A model generated the notes under the pieces. It was not told where the DNA came from. It did no database searches and was given only the letters and a program-made list of their open reading frames with translations. A DNA stretch of 64,000 bases from Clostridiales bacterium (GTDB lineage Bacteria; Bacillota; Clostridia; Oscillospirales; Oscillospiraceae): contig JAAYMC010000024.1 in assembly GCA_012521555.1 (NCBI GenBank), forward strand, positions 1,437 to 65,436, read 5' to 3'. The translations under genes and the position numbers were made by a program. Below, in pieces: positions 32,250 through 41,011 of this stretch. Position 1 is the stretch's first letter; each line of letters starts with the position of its first letter.

Positions 32250-33125
32250 ATGGAAAGAAAAAGCGCAAAGGAGCTGCGCGTGATCGCCGAGGGGATACGC
32301 CTCGTGACGCTCCAGACGCTCGCGAGCTTCGGCGCGGGGCATATCGGCGGCGCGATGAGCATCGTCGAAACGCTCGCCGTGCTCTACGGGTGCGAACTCA
32401 GGTGCGACCCGTCTAATCCCCAGTGGGAGGGGCGGGACAGGCTCGTTTTGTCAAAAGGGCACGCCGGCCCGGCGCTTTACGCCACGCTTTCCCTGAAAGG
32501 CTTCTTCCCCAAGGAGATGCTCTCGGAGCTCAACAAGGGCGGCGGCCGCCTGCCCAGCCACTGCGACCGCAACAAGACGCCGGGCGTCGATATGACGACG
32601 GGCTCGCTCGGCCAGGGCATCTCCGCCGCCATCGGCATGGCGCTCGGCAACCGCATGAACGGGTCGGACAGCATCACTTATCTCATTATGGGCGACGGCG
32701 AGTGCAACGAAGGGCAGGTCTGGGAAGGGGCGATGTTTGCCGCCCACCACAAGCTCGACAACCTCATCGCCTTCGTCGACTGCAACAAGCAGCAGCTTGA
32801 CGGGTACACGAAAGACGTGCTCGACATGGGCGATATCGGTGAGAAGTTTAAGGCCTTCGGCTGGTTCGTCCAGAAGGTCGACGGGCACGACACCGGCGCC
32901 ATTCTCGACGCGGTCGAGGCCGCGAAAGCCCACAAGGGCAGCCCGTCCGTGATTATCCTCGACACCATCAAGGGGTACGGCACCTTTGCCGCGGGGCTTG
33001 AGAACAACCACCACATGAGCCTGTCCAAGGAGCAGATTGAAGACGCCGTCCGCGAGGTGACGGCGCGGCTCGAGGAAGCGAAGGCGCTGGCCGAGTCGGA
33101 GAGGGAGGTGCTGTCGAATGTTTAA
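32250..33125 (+). CDS. transketolase N-terminal subunit
   Basis: GHIGG, LSKGHAGP, TGSLGQG, MGDGECNEG (ThDP motif). Confidence 0.93.
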   Translation: MERKSAKELRVIAEGIRLVTLQTLASFGAGHIGGAMSIVETLAVLYGCELRCDPSNPQWEGRDRLVLSKGHAGPALYATLSLKGFFPKEMLSELNKGGGRLPSHCDRNKTPGVDMTTGSLGQGISAAIGMALGNRMNGSDSITYLIMGDGECNEGQVWEGAMFAAHHKLDNLIAFVDCNKQQLDGYTKDVLDMGDIGEKFKAFGWFVQKVDGHDTGAILDAVEAAKAHKGSPSVIILDTIKGYGTFAAGLENNHHMSLSKEQIEDAVREVTARLEEAKALAESEREVLSNV

Positions 33126-34101
33126 GGTGCGCGAAAAGCTCGAAAAATCCGCGAAAATGATGCGCGAGGCCTACTGCGAGACGCTCATGGCGCTGGCCGA
33201 GGAAAACAAGGACATCGTCGCGCTCGACGCGGACCTCGTCAGCTCCTCCGGCATGAAGCCGTTTTTCAAAAAGTTCCCCGAGCGGGCCATCAACGTCGGC
33301 ATCGCGGAGGCGAACATGATCGGCATCGCGGCGGGCCTGTCCGCCGTGGGGAAAATCCCCTTCGCGCACAGCTTCGGGTGCTTCGCCTCGCGCAAGACGT
33401 GCGACCAGGTCATGATTTCGGCGGCGTACGCGAAGCTCAACGTGAAAATCCTCGGCTCCGACCCGGGCGTCACCGCCACGTACAACGGCGGCACGCACAT
33501 GCCCTTCGAGGACGTCGGCGTGCTGCGCTCCATTCCGGAGATTACGATCATCGAGATGACGGACCCCGTCATGGTCGCCGATATCGTGCGCCAGGTGGCG
33601 GGCATCTACGGCGTGCACTACCTGCGCATGGCGCGCAAGAACGTCACGGCCATATACGAGGAAGGCTCGACCTTTGAAATCGGCAAGGGCAATATCCTCC
33701 GGGACGGGAAGGACGTGACCATTATCGCCAGCGGCATCATGGTCGCCGAAGCGCTCCGCGCGGCGGATATGCTCAAGGAAGAGCGCATTATGGCCCGCGT
33801 GGTGGATATGTTCACGATCAAGCCCGTCGACGTTGAGCTCGTGGAGAGGTGCGCGCGGGAGACGCGCGCCATCGTCACGGCGGAAAACCACAACATCTAC
33901 GGGGGGCTCGGCTCGGCCGTCAGCGAGGCCGTGTGCGCCACGCACCCCGTCCCCGTCGAGATGGTCGGCGTCAAGGACAGGTTCGGCCAGGTCGGGACGG
34001 AGGACTGGCTGAAGAAGGAGTACGGGCTTACGGCGGAGGAGATTGTCGCGGCGGTCAAACGCGTCCTGCCGCGAAAGAAGCGCGGAATCCTCCCGATTTA
34101 A
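33118..34101 (+). CDS. transketolase C-terminal subunit
   Basis: NVGIAEANM, GGTHMPFED, ENHNIYGGLGSAV. 8-nt overlap with the upstream gene. Confidence 0.93.
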   Translation: MFKVREKLEKSAKMMREAYCETLMALAEENKDIVALDADLVSSSGMKPFFKKFPERAINVGIAEANMIGIAAGLSAVGKIPFAHSFGCFASRKTCDQVMISAAYAKLNVKILGSDPGVTATYNGGTHMPFEDVGVLRSIPEITIIEMTDPVMVADIVRQVAGIYGVHYLRMARKNVTAIYEEGSTFEIGKGNILRDGKDVTIIASGIMVAEALRAADMLKEERIMARVVDMFTIKPVDVELVERCARETRAIVTAENHNIYGGLGSAVSEAVCATHPVPVEMVGVKDRFGQVGTEDWLKKEYGLTAEEIVAAVKRVLPRKKRGILPI

Positions 34102-34252
34102 CTGCAAGACAAAGCGCGGGCAGCGGCTTATGGCCTCTGCCCGTGCCGCTGTGTTTTAGCGCGGGCTTTTAAGCCCGCGCCTTCAATCGTCCGCACAGCG
34201 GTATGTATGATGCCCGCGGCATACAGCCGCGGGCGGGAAGCGAGGGAACAAA

Positions 34253-35623
34253 ATGGCTGACACGATCGCCGCTGTGGCAACGGGCGGCGGCATATCGGCG
34301 ATTGGCGTCATCCGCGTCAGCGGGGACGACGCCATCGGCATCGTCTCGAAAGTCTTCCGGCCGAAAAGCGGGCGGAGCATAGACGAATACGAGAGCGGCC
34401 GCCTTGTCTACGGAGAGCTCATCGGGGCGGACGGGGCGGCCATCGACCTGTGCCTGTGCACAATCAGCCGCGCGCCCCATAGTTATACGGGGGAGAACAC
34501 GGCGGAGCTGCACTGCCACGGCTCGCCCGTCGTGCTGGCGGAAGGGCTCAGGGCGCTCTTTAAGGCCGGCGCGCGTCAGGCGCTGGCCGGCGAGTTTACA
34601 AAGCGCGCCTTCCTCAACGGGAAGATGGACTTATCGCAGGCCGCCGCCGTCATCGACCTCATCGACGCGCAGACGGAAATCGCCGCGCGAAACGCCCTGG
34701 GTCAGCTCAAAGGCGCCGTCGGGCGGAAAATCGAGGAGATTTACTCAGGCCTCCTCGACATCCGCTCGCACTATTTTGCCGTCATCGACTATCCGGACGA
34801 GGACATCGAGCCGTTTCTCCTCTCGCAGTACAAGGAGACGCTCGGGCGCATCGAGGCGCAGCTTGAGCGGTTGCACGGCACGTACGAGAGCGGCCGCGTC
34901 CTGAAGGACGGCGTTGTGACGGCGATTATCGGGCGGCCGAACGTGGGCAAATCGTCGCTCCTCAACGCCCTCGCCGGGTACGACCGCGCCATCGTCTCGC
35001 CCTACGCGGGCACGACGCGGGACACCATCGAGGAGCGGGTGCGCCTCGGCAGCGTCGTGCTGCGCCTGACGGACACGGCGGGCCTTCGCGACACGCGCGA
35101 CGAGATTGAGCGGCTCGGCGTGGAGCGCTCGAAGGCGGCGGCGGAGTCGGCGGCGCTCGTCCTGGCCGTGTTTGACGGCTCCGAGCCGCTTTCAGAGCAC
35201 GACCGCGCCGTCATGGACGCCGCCGCCGGCGCGCGGCGGTGCATCGCGGTTGTCAATAAATCGGATCTGCCGCGCCGGATTGAGACGGCGGAGATTGAAA
35301 AGGCCCTCGGCGTGCCCGTTTTTGTCTCGGCCAAAACGGGGCAGGGGACGGAGGAACTGAAAAAGGCCGTCGAAGACCTTTACGGCTTAGGGCGGCTGCA
35401 GCCGGACGGCGAAGTCCTCACCAACGCCCTGCAGGCCGACGCCGTCCGTCGTGCGCTTTATTCCGTGGGGCAGGCGCGGCGCGCGCTCGACGCCGGGTAC
35501 ACGCCCGACGCTGTTCTGTATGATCTGGAGGAGGCGATGACAGCGCTTGGCGAGATTACGGGGCGCACCGTAAAGGAAGATACCATATCGCGCATTTTCG
35601 AGCGTTTCTGCGTCGGCAAATAG
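34253..35623 (+). CDS. mnmE: tRNA modification GTPase MnmE
   Basis: DTIAAVAT, SYTGEN, GEFTKRAFLNGK, GRPNVGKSS, DTAG, NKSD, FCVGK end. Confidence 0.97.
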   Translation: MADTIAAVATGGGISAIGVIRVSGDDAIGIVSKVFRPKSGRSIDEYESGRLVYGELIGADGAAIDLCLCTISRAPHSYTGENTAELHCHGSPVVLAEGLRALFKAGARQALAGEFTKRAFLNGKMDLSQAAAVIDLIDAQTEIAARNALGQLKGAVGRKIEEIYSGLLDIRSHYFAVIDYPDEDIEPFLLSQYKETLGRIEAQLERLHGTYESGRVLKDGVVTAIIGRPNVGKSSLLNALAGYDRAIVSPYAGTTRDTIEERVRLGSVVLRLTDTAGLRDTRDEIERLGVERSKAAAESAALVLAVFDGSEPLSEHDRAVMDAAAGARRCIAVVNKSDLPRRIETAEIEKALGVPVFVSAKTGQGTEELKKAVEDLYGLGRLQPDGEVLTNALQADAVRRALYSVGQARRALDAGYTPDAVLYDLEEAMTALGEITGRTVKEDTISRIFERFCVGK

Positions 35624-35805
35624 GGCCTGGTTTTCAGTCTGATTTTGCCATAAAACGCCGGAAAAAACGGTATTTTCAAACTGAAATACTGTAAAATTAA
35701 ATGATGTTTTTTGCCCCTTGTTGTTTTTGACACAGGCCTGGTGCTATAATTTATTGTAAAATTCTCATTCGGCTTGCACCGGAGTTTAATCTTAGGAGGA
35801 TTTTT

Positions 35806-38436
35806 GTGAGCAAAAAGTATGTATACCTCTTCTCCGAGGGCAACGGCAATATGAGGGAGCTCCTTGGCGGTAAGGGAGCAAACCTTGCCGAAATGACGAA
35901 TCTCGGTTTGCCGGTCCCGCGCGGTTTCACGGTGACCACCGAAGCGTGCACCCGCTACTACGAAGACGGCGAAACGATTGCGCCCGAGATTGAAGAAGAG
36001 ATCATGGTGTATGTGAACAAACTCGAGGAGATGACCGGGAAGAAGTTCGGCGACTCCGAAAAGCCGCTTCTCGTCTCCGTGCGCTCGGGGGCGAGGGCGT
36101 CGATGCCCGGCATGATGGACACCATTCTCAACCTCGGACTCAACGAACAGGTCGTCGAAGTCATGGCCAGGAAGTCCGGCAACCCGCGCTGGGCTTACGA
36201 CTGCTACAGGCGCTTTATCCAGATGTATTCGGACGTCGTCATGGGCGTCGGCAAGAAGCACTTTGAGGAACTCATCGACGAGATGAAGGAAAAGCGCGGC
36301 GTTCAGCACGACACGGAGCTGACGGCGGAAGACCTCCGCGAGCTGGCCGAGATGTTCCTGAAAGAGTACAAGGAGAGCACGGGCAGCGAGTTCCCGCGCG
36401 ACCCGAAAGTGCAGCTCATGGGCGCCGTCAAGGCCGTTTTCCGCTCCTGGAACAACGAGCGCGCCATCGTCTACCGCCGCCTCAACGACATCCCCAGCTG
36501 GTGGGGCACGGCCGTCAACGTCCAGGAAATGGTCTTCGGCAACCTCGGCAACACGTCCGGCACGGGCGTCGCCTTCACCCGCAACCCGGCGACGGGCGAA
36601 AAGAAAATCTTCGGCGAATTCCTTCTCAACGCGCAGGGCGAGGACGTCGTCGCCGGCATCCGCACGCCGCAGCCCATCGACCAGCTTAAAGAGATCATGC
36701 CCGAGGTCTACGAGCAGTTCGTCGAAATCTGCGACAAGCTCGAAAAGCACTACCGCGACATGCAGGACATGGAGTTTACCATTGAAGACCGTAGACTTTT
36801 CATGCTCCAGACGCGTAACGGCAAGAGGACGGCCCGGGCCGCGCTGAAAATCGCGTGCGACCTTGTGGACGAAGGCCTCATCGACGAAAAGCAGGCCGTT
36901 TTGATGATCGACCCGAAAGTCCTCGACTCGCTGCTCCACCCGCAGTTTGACGACGAAGCGCTCAAGAAAGCCAAGCCCATCGGGCAGGGCCTCGCCGCGT
37001 CGCCCGGCGCCGCCACAGGGCGCGTTGTCTTCACGGCGGACGACGCCAAGGCGTGGGCCGCCCGCGGCGAAAAGGTCATCCTCGTGCGCCTTGAGACGTC
37101 CCCCGAGGACATCGAGGGCATGGTCGCCGCGCAGGGCATCCTCACCGTCCGCGGCGGCATGACGTCCCACGCGGCCGTCGTCGCCCGCGGCATGGGCATC
37201 TGCTGCGTGGCCGGCTGCGGCGCCATCAAGATGGACGAGGAGAACAAGACATTCGAGCTGGGCGGGCGCGTCTTCAAGGAAGGCGACTGGATCAGCCTCG
37301 ACGGCTCCACCGGCAACATCTACGGCGAAGCCATCGCCACGACGGACGCGACCATCAGCGGCGAGTTCGGCCGCATCATGGCGTGGGCCGACAAATACAG
37401 AAAGCTCAAGGTGCGCACGAACGCCGACACGCCGCGCGACGCCAGGCAGGCGAAGAAATTCGGCGCCGAAGGCATCGGCCTGTGCCGCACGGAGCACATG
37501 TTCTTCAACGAAGACCGCATCCCGGCCTTCCGCGAGATGATTTTCTCCGACACGGTGGAAGAGCGCGAAAAGGCGCTTGCCAAGCTCGAGCCCATGCAGC
37601 AGGCCGACTTCGAGGGCATCTACGAGGCGATGGAGGGCCTGCCGGTCACCATCCGCTACCTTGACCCGCCGCTGCACGAGTTTGTCCCGACGGAAGAGGA
37701 AGACATCAGGGCGCTGGCCGAGGCGAAAGGCAAGACCGTCGCCCAGATCAAGGCGGTTATCACCTCGCTCCACGAGTTTAACCCGATGATGGGCCACCGC
37801 GGCTGCCGCCTGACGATTACATATCCGGAAATCGCCGTCATGCAGACGCGCGCCGTCATCAAGGCGGCCATCAACGTCCAGAGGCGCCATCCGGAGTGGA
37901 AAATCGAGCCCGAGATTATGATTCCGCTTGTCGGCGAGGCCAAGGAGCTCAAGTTCGTTAAGAAAATCGTCTGCGAGACGGCCGACGCGCTCATCAAGGA
38001 AGCCGGCATTTCGATGCGCTACTATGTCGGCACGATGATTGAAATCCCGCGCGCCGCCCTCACGGCCGACGAGATCGCCAAGGAAGCCGAATTCTTCTCC
38101 TTCGGCACGAACGACCTCACCCAGATGACCTTCGGCTTCTCGCGCGACGACGCGGCCAAGTTCCTCGACGCGTACTACTCCAAGAAGATTTTCGAGTCCG
38201 ATCCGTTCGCCCGCATCGACCAGGTGGGCGTCGGCAAGCTGATGGAGATGGCCGTAAAGCTCGGCAAGCAGACGCGCCCCGACATTAAGCTCGGCATCTG
38301 CGGCGAGCACGGCGGCGACCCGTCCTCCGTCATCTTCTGCCACAAGATCGGCCTCAACTACGTCTCCTGCTCGCCCTTCCGCGTGCCGATCGCCCGCCTT
38401 GCCGCGGCGCAGGCGGCCATCCAGGAAGGAAATTAA
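35806..38436 (+). CDS. ppdK: pyruvate, phosphate dikinase
   Basis: LLGGKGANL, SVRSGARASMPGMMDT, GGMTSHAAVVARG, GICGEHGG. Confidence 0.97.
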   Translation: MSKKYVYLFSEGNGNMRELLGGKGANLAEMTNLGLPVPRGFTVTTEACTRYYEDGETIAPEIEEEIMVYVNKLEEMTGKKFGDSEKPLLVSVRSGARASMPGMMDTILNLGLNEQVVEVMARKSGNPRWAYDCYRRFIQMYSDVVMGVGKKHFEELIDEMKEKRGVQHDTELTAEDLRELAEMFLKEYKESTGSEFPRDPKVQLMGAVKAVFRSWNNERAIVYRRLNDIPSWWGTAVNVQEMVFGNLGNTSGTGVAFTRNPATGEKKIFGEFLLNAQGEDVVAGIRTPQPIDQLKEIMPEVYEQFVEICDKLEKHYRDMQDMEFTIEDRRLFMLQTRNGKRTARAALKIACDLVDEGLIDEKQAVLMIDPKVLDSLLHPQFDDEALKKAKPIGQGLAASPGAATGRVVFTADDAKAWAARGEKVILVRLETSPEDIEGMVAAQGILTVRGGMTSHAAVVARGMGICCVAGCGAIKMDEENKTFELGGRVFKEGDWISLDGSTGNIYGEAIATTDATISGEFGRIMAWADKYRKLKVRTNADTPRDARQAKKFGAEGIGLCRTEHMFFNEDRIPAFREMIFSDTVEEREKALAKLEPMQQADFEGIYEAMEGLPVTIRYLDPPLHEFVPTEEEDIRALAEAKGKTVAQIKAVITSLHEFNPMMGHRGCRLTITYPEIAVMQTRAVIKAAINVQRRHPEWKIEPEIMIPLVGEAKELKFVKKIVCETADALIKEAGISMRYYVGTMIEIPRAALTADEIAKEAEFFSFGTNDLTQMTFGFSRDDAAKFLDAYYSKKIFESDPFARIDQVGVGKLMEMAVKLGKQTRPDIKLGICGEHGGDPSSVIFCHKIGLNYVSCSPFRVPIARLAAAQAAIQEGN

Positions 38437-38470
38437 ACGCAGGGAAAGCGCTTTAAGCCAAACAGCATGA

Positions 38471-38509
38471 AAAAAGGGTATTGCATCGAAACGGTGCAAT
38501 ACCCTTTTT
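38471..38509. terminator. bidirectional intrinsic terminator
   Basis: AAAAAGGGTATTGCATCG-AAA-CGGTGCAATACCCTTTTT. Confidence 0.85.
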
Positions 38510-38549
38510 GCATCCTAAGAGTTTTTGGAGTCTTTTGCATGAGGCAAGC

Positions 38550-39779
38550 CTACTCATTTTTTGCCCTTGCGACGCCGCGCTTTAATAGCACCTGAAACAC
38601 GACGGAGAGGATCGGCAGCACGCAGCCTAAAAGCACCGCCGCGCGCAGGCCGAACTGTTCCGCCGATATGGAAAAGCTGTCGGGCACAAGGGGAGCGAGC
38701 AAATCCGCCGCCGTTCCCACCAGGAATGAGGAGATGGCGGTGCCCAGGTCGCCCGCCGCGGCGAGCAGGCCGAAAAGGGCGGCGCCCGCCGCGGGCAGGG
38801 CGGAAGCGGCCACCACGAGCGTCTCCGGCCAGAGCAGGCAGGTGGCGGCGCCGGCAACCCAGCAGGCGAAAACGGTCAGCGCCGTCGAAGGGGAAAGGGC
38901 GACGACAAGATAACACGCCGCCGCCGCGGCCGAGCCGTAAATCATCAGCTTATGGGTGTCCCACTTTTTGCCGAAGATGCTGAAAACGAGCCGCCCCAGG
39001 CCGAAGCACAGGGCAAATCCGCACAGGCCCAGCAGGTCCCCCGCCAGCTTCGACATGCCGGTGCCCCGCTCAAGGAAGGTGGAAATCCACTGCATCAGGG
39101 TAATTTCCGCGGCGGCGCCGAAGAAAATGGCCAAAAACGAGAGGATGAAGACCCTGTTTTTAAGAAGCGATCTTGTCTTCATCAGCTGTTCCTGCGGCTT
39201 CGTGGAGGGCAGGGGCGCGCCCCAGAACTGGATGAGGTTAATAAGCGGCAGGATCGACCAGATCAGGACGATAAGCTGCCATCCGCGGGCGCCGAAGACC
39301 TTGAGCAGGAGGGTCGTCCCCGCGATGCCCGCAATCATCCCCCAGGCGAGGAAGGAGTGGAGAATCGCCATGGACGACTCCTTGTGTTCGCCCGGCAGGC
39401 CGTTGATGATGGGGCTGAGAATGACTTCCCAAATCCCAAGCGAAGCGGAGAAGATGGCGGTGGCGACGCACAGGCCGGCAAACGTAAAGCGCCCCGCCCA
39501 GCTGGGAACCGACGCGAAGAGGGCAAGGCCTAGAAAACACGTCAGGGGAGCAAGGCGCGAGAAAGCCTTGAATCCGAACCGGTCGAGCGGCTTTGAAAAG
39601 ACCACGTCCGCGAGGAGCTGAAAGACGAAATTGATAAACACCAGCGTCCCCAGCTGGGTGTATGTAAACCCGTAGAGGGTCTGCAGGGGGACGAAGAGGA
39701 CGGCCGTCAAATTCATGACGATGCCCTGGGTAAAGTACGAAACGTAGCAGGCAAGTTTTGTCCGCAAGAAGCTGCGCAC
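38550..39779 (-). CDS. MFS transporter (sugar/FucP-like, substrate unknown)
   Basis: About 12 hydrophobic segments, PLDRFG loop motif, FFGAAAE. GTG start after AAGGAG. Confidence 0.85.
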   Translation of the reverse strand: MRSFLRTKLACYVSYFTQGIVMNLTAVLFVPLQTLYGFTYTQLGTLVFINFVFQLLADVVFSKPLDRFGFKAFSRLAPLTCFLGLALFASVPSWAGRFTFAGLCVATAIFSASLGIWEVILSPIINGLPGEHKESSMAILHSFLAWGMIAGIAGTTLLLKVFGARGWQLIVLIWSILPLINLIQFWGAPLPSTKPQEQLMKTRSLLKNRVFILSFLAIFFGAAAEITLMQWISTFLERGTGMSKLAGDLLGLCGFALCFGLGRLVFSIFGKKWDTHKLMIYGSAAAAACYLVVALSPSTALTVFACWVAGAATCLLWPETLVVAASALPAAGAALFGLLAAAGDLGTAISSFLVGTAADLLAPLVPDSFSISAEQFGLRAAVLLGCVLPILSVVFQVLLKRGVARAKNE

Positions 39780-39911
39780 GATTGAGCGTCTCCTTTTCCT
39801 TGTGTAATGGTCAGATGAACGATATAATTATATCGCAGCCGAACCGACTAAAATAGAAAAGAATACTCATAAAATATAACAATATTACCACTTTGCAAAG
39901 GAATGGGCGGC

Positions 39912-40817
39912 ATGAACCGGCAGGCCATCTCAACGGACAGCTCCCTGCAGTCCCTCAATGATTACGGCGGATACGATTTCCCGATGCGGCTTTATCTGGA
40001 CGATTTTCGCAGTCTCCCTCTCGGGCACATCAACTGGCACTGGCACAAGCAGCTTGAGTTTTCCTGCGTGCTGCGGGGCGAAATTGAATACAGCGTGGGG
40101 GAGGCGAAAATCCGGCTGGGGCAAGGAGAGGGTGTTTTCATCAACGCCGGGCGGCTGCACGCAATAAGGCCCGCCGCCGGCCATGAAAACGCGATGGCCT
40201 TTTCCCTCGTTTTCAGCCCGGCAATCCTGTCTTACGGCGTGGAGAGCATCGTTTACCAAAAGTACGTCCTGCCGGTCGCGCAGGACAGGCGCCTGCACTG
40301 CTTAACGCTCAGACAGGACATCCCCTGGCAGAGGGAGATGCTGGCGCTGCTGGCTCAGCTTTACGGCCTTTTTCAGGAGCGGCCCTACGGGTTTGAGCTT
40401 TCCGCCCAGTCGCTTCTGGTGCAGGCCTGGCGGGAGATGGTTCTCCACCTTAACCGGAATACGGCGGAAAAGGGCGGCGCGGGAGACGCGAGCGAAGAGA
40501 GGCTCAAGCGCATGATCTCCTGCATTCAGGCAAATTTCAGCGAGGCTCTGACCCTTCAGCAGATTGCGTCGGCCGCCAGCGTGAGCAAAAGCGAGTGCAT
40601 CCGCTGCTTTAAGAAGCGGCTTGGCGTCACGCCGGTTGAATACCTGATTGAGTACCGCCTGTCAAAGGCGATGGAGTATTTGGACGGGACGGATTTGCCC
40701 GTTGCGGAAATCGGCCAGCGCTGCGGCTTTGAAAGCGCCAGCTATTTCGCGAAAACCTTCAGGCGCCGGACGGGGCTGAGCCCCTCCGGCTACCGGAAAA
40801 GGCGCGCGTCCGGCTGA
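39912..40817 (+). CDS. AraC family transcriptional regulator (cupin sensor plus HTH)
   Basis: WHWHKQLEF cupin; C-terminal LQQIA...ECIRCFKK...GFESASYFAKTFRRRTGLSPSGYRK. Confidence 0.93.
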   Translation: MNRQAISTDSSLQSLNDYGGYDFPMRLYLDDFRSLPLGHINWHWHKQLEFSCVLRGEIEYSVGEAKIRLGQGEGVFINAGRLHAIRPAAGHENAMAFSLVFSPAILSYGVESIVYQKYVLPVAQDRRLHCLTLRQDIPWQREMLALLAQLYGLFQERPYGFELSAQSLLVQAWREMVLHLNRNTAEKGGAGDASEERLKRMISCIQANFSEALTLQQIASAASVSKSECIRCFKKRLGVTPVEYLIEYRLSKAMEYLDGTDLPVAEIGQRCGFESASYFAKTFRRRTGLSPSGYRKRRASG

Positions 40818-41011
40818 AAACAAACCGAAGGCTCCATGACGCGTTTGCGGCATGGAGCCTGGGTGTTTTGGCGGAATTTGCCTAATTTTAGGTATAAGAT
40901 GATGATATTTTTGCATTTTACAAAGAAAAAACAGGCTGGTAACATTTGATTGCGGGTACCAGAAAGGTATACAATGAAAGAAAGACCGCACATAAAAGGG
41001 GGCTTACAGGG

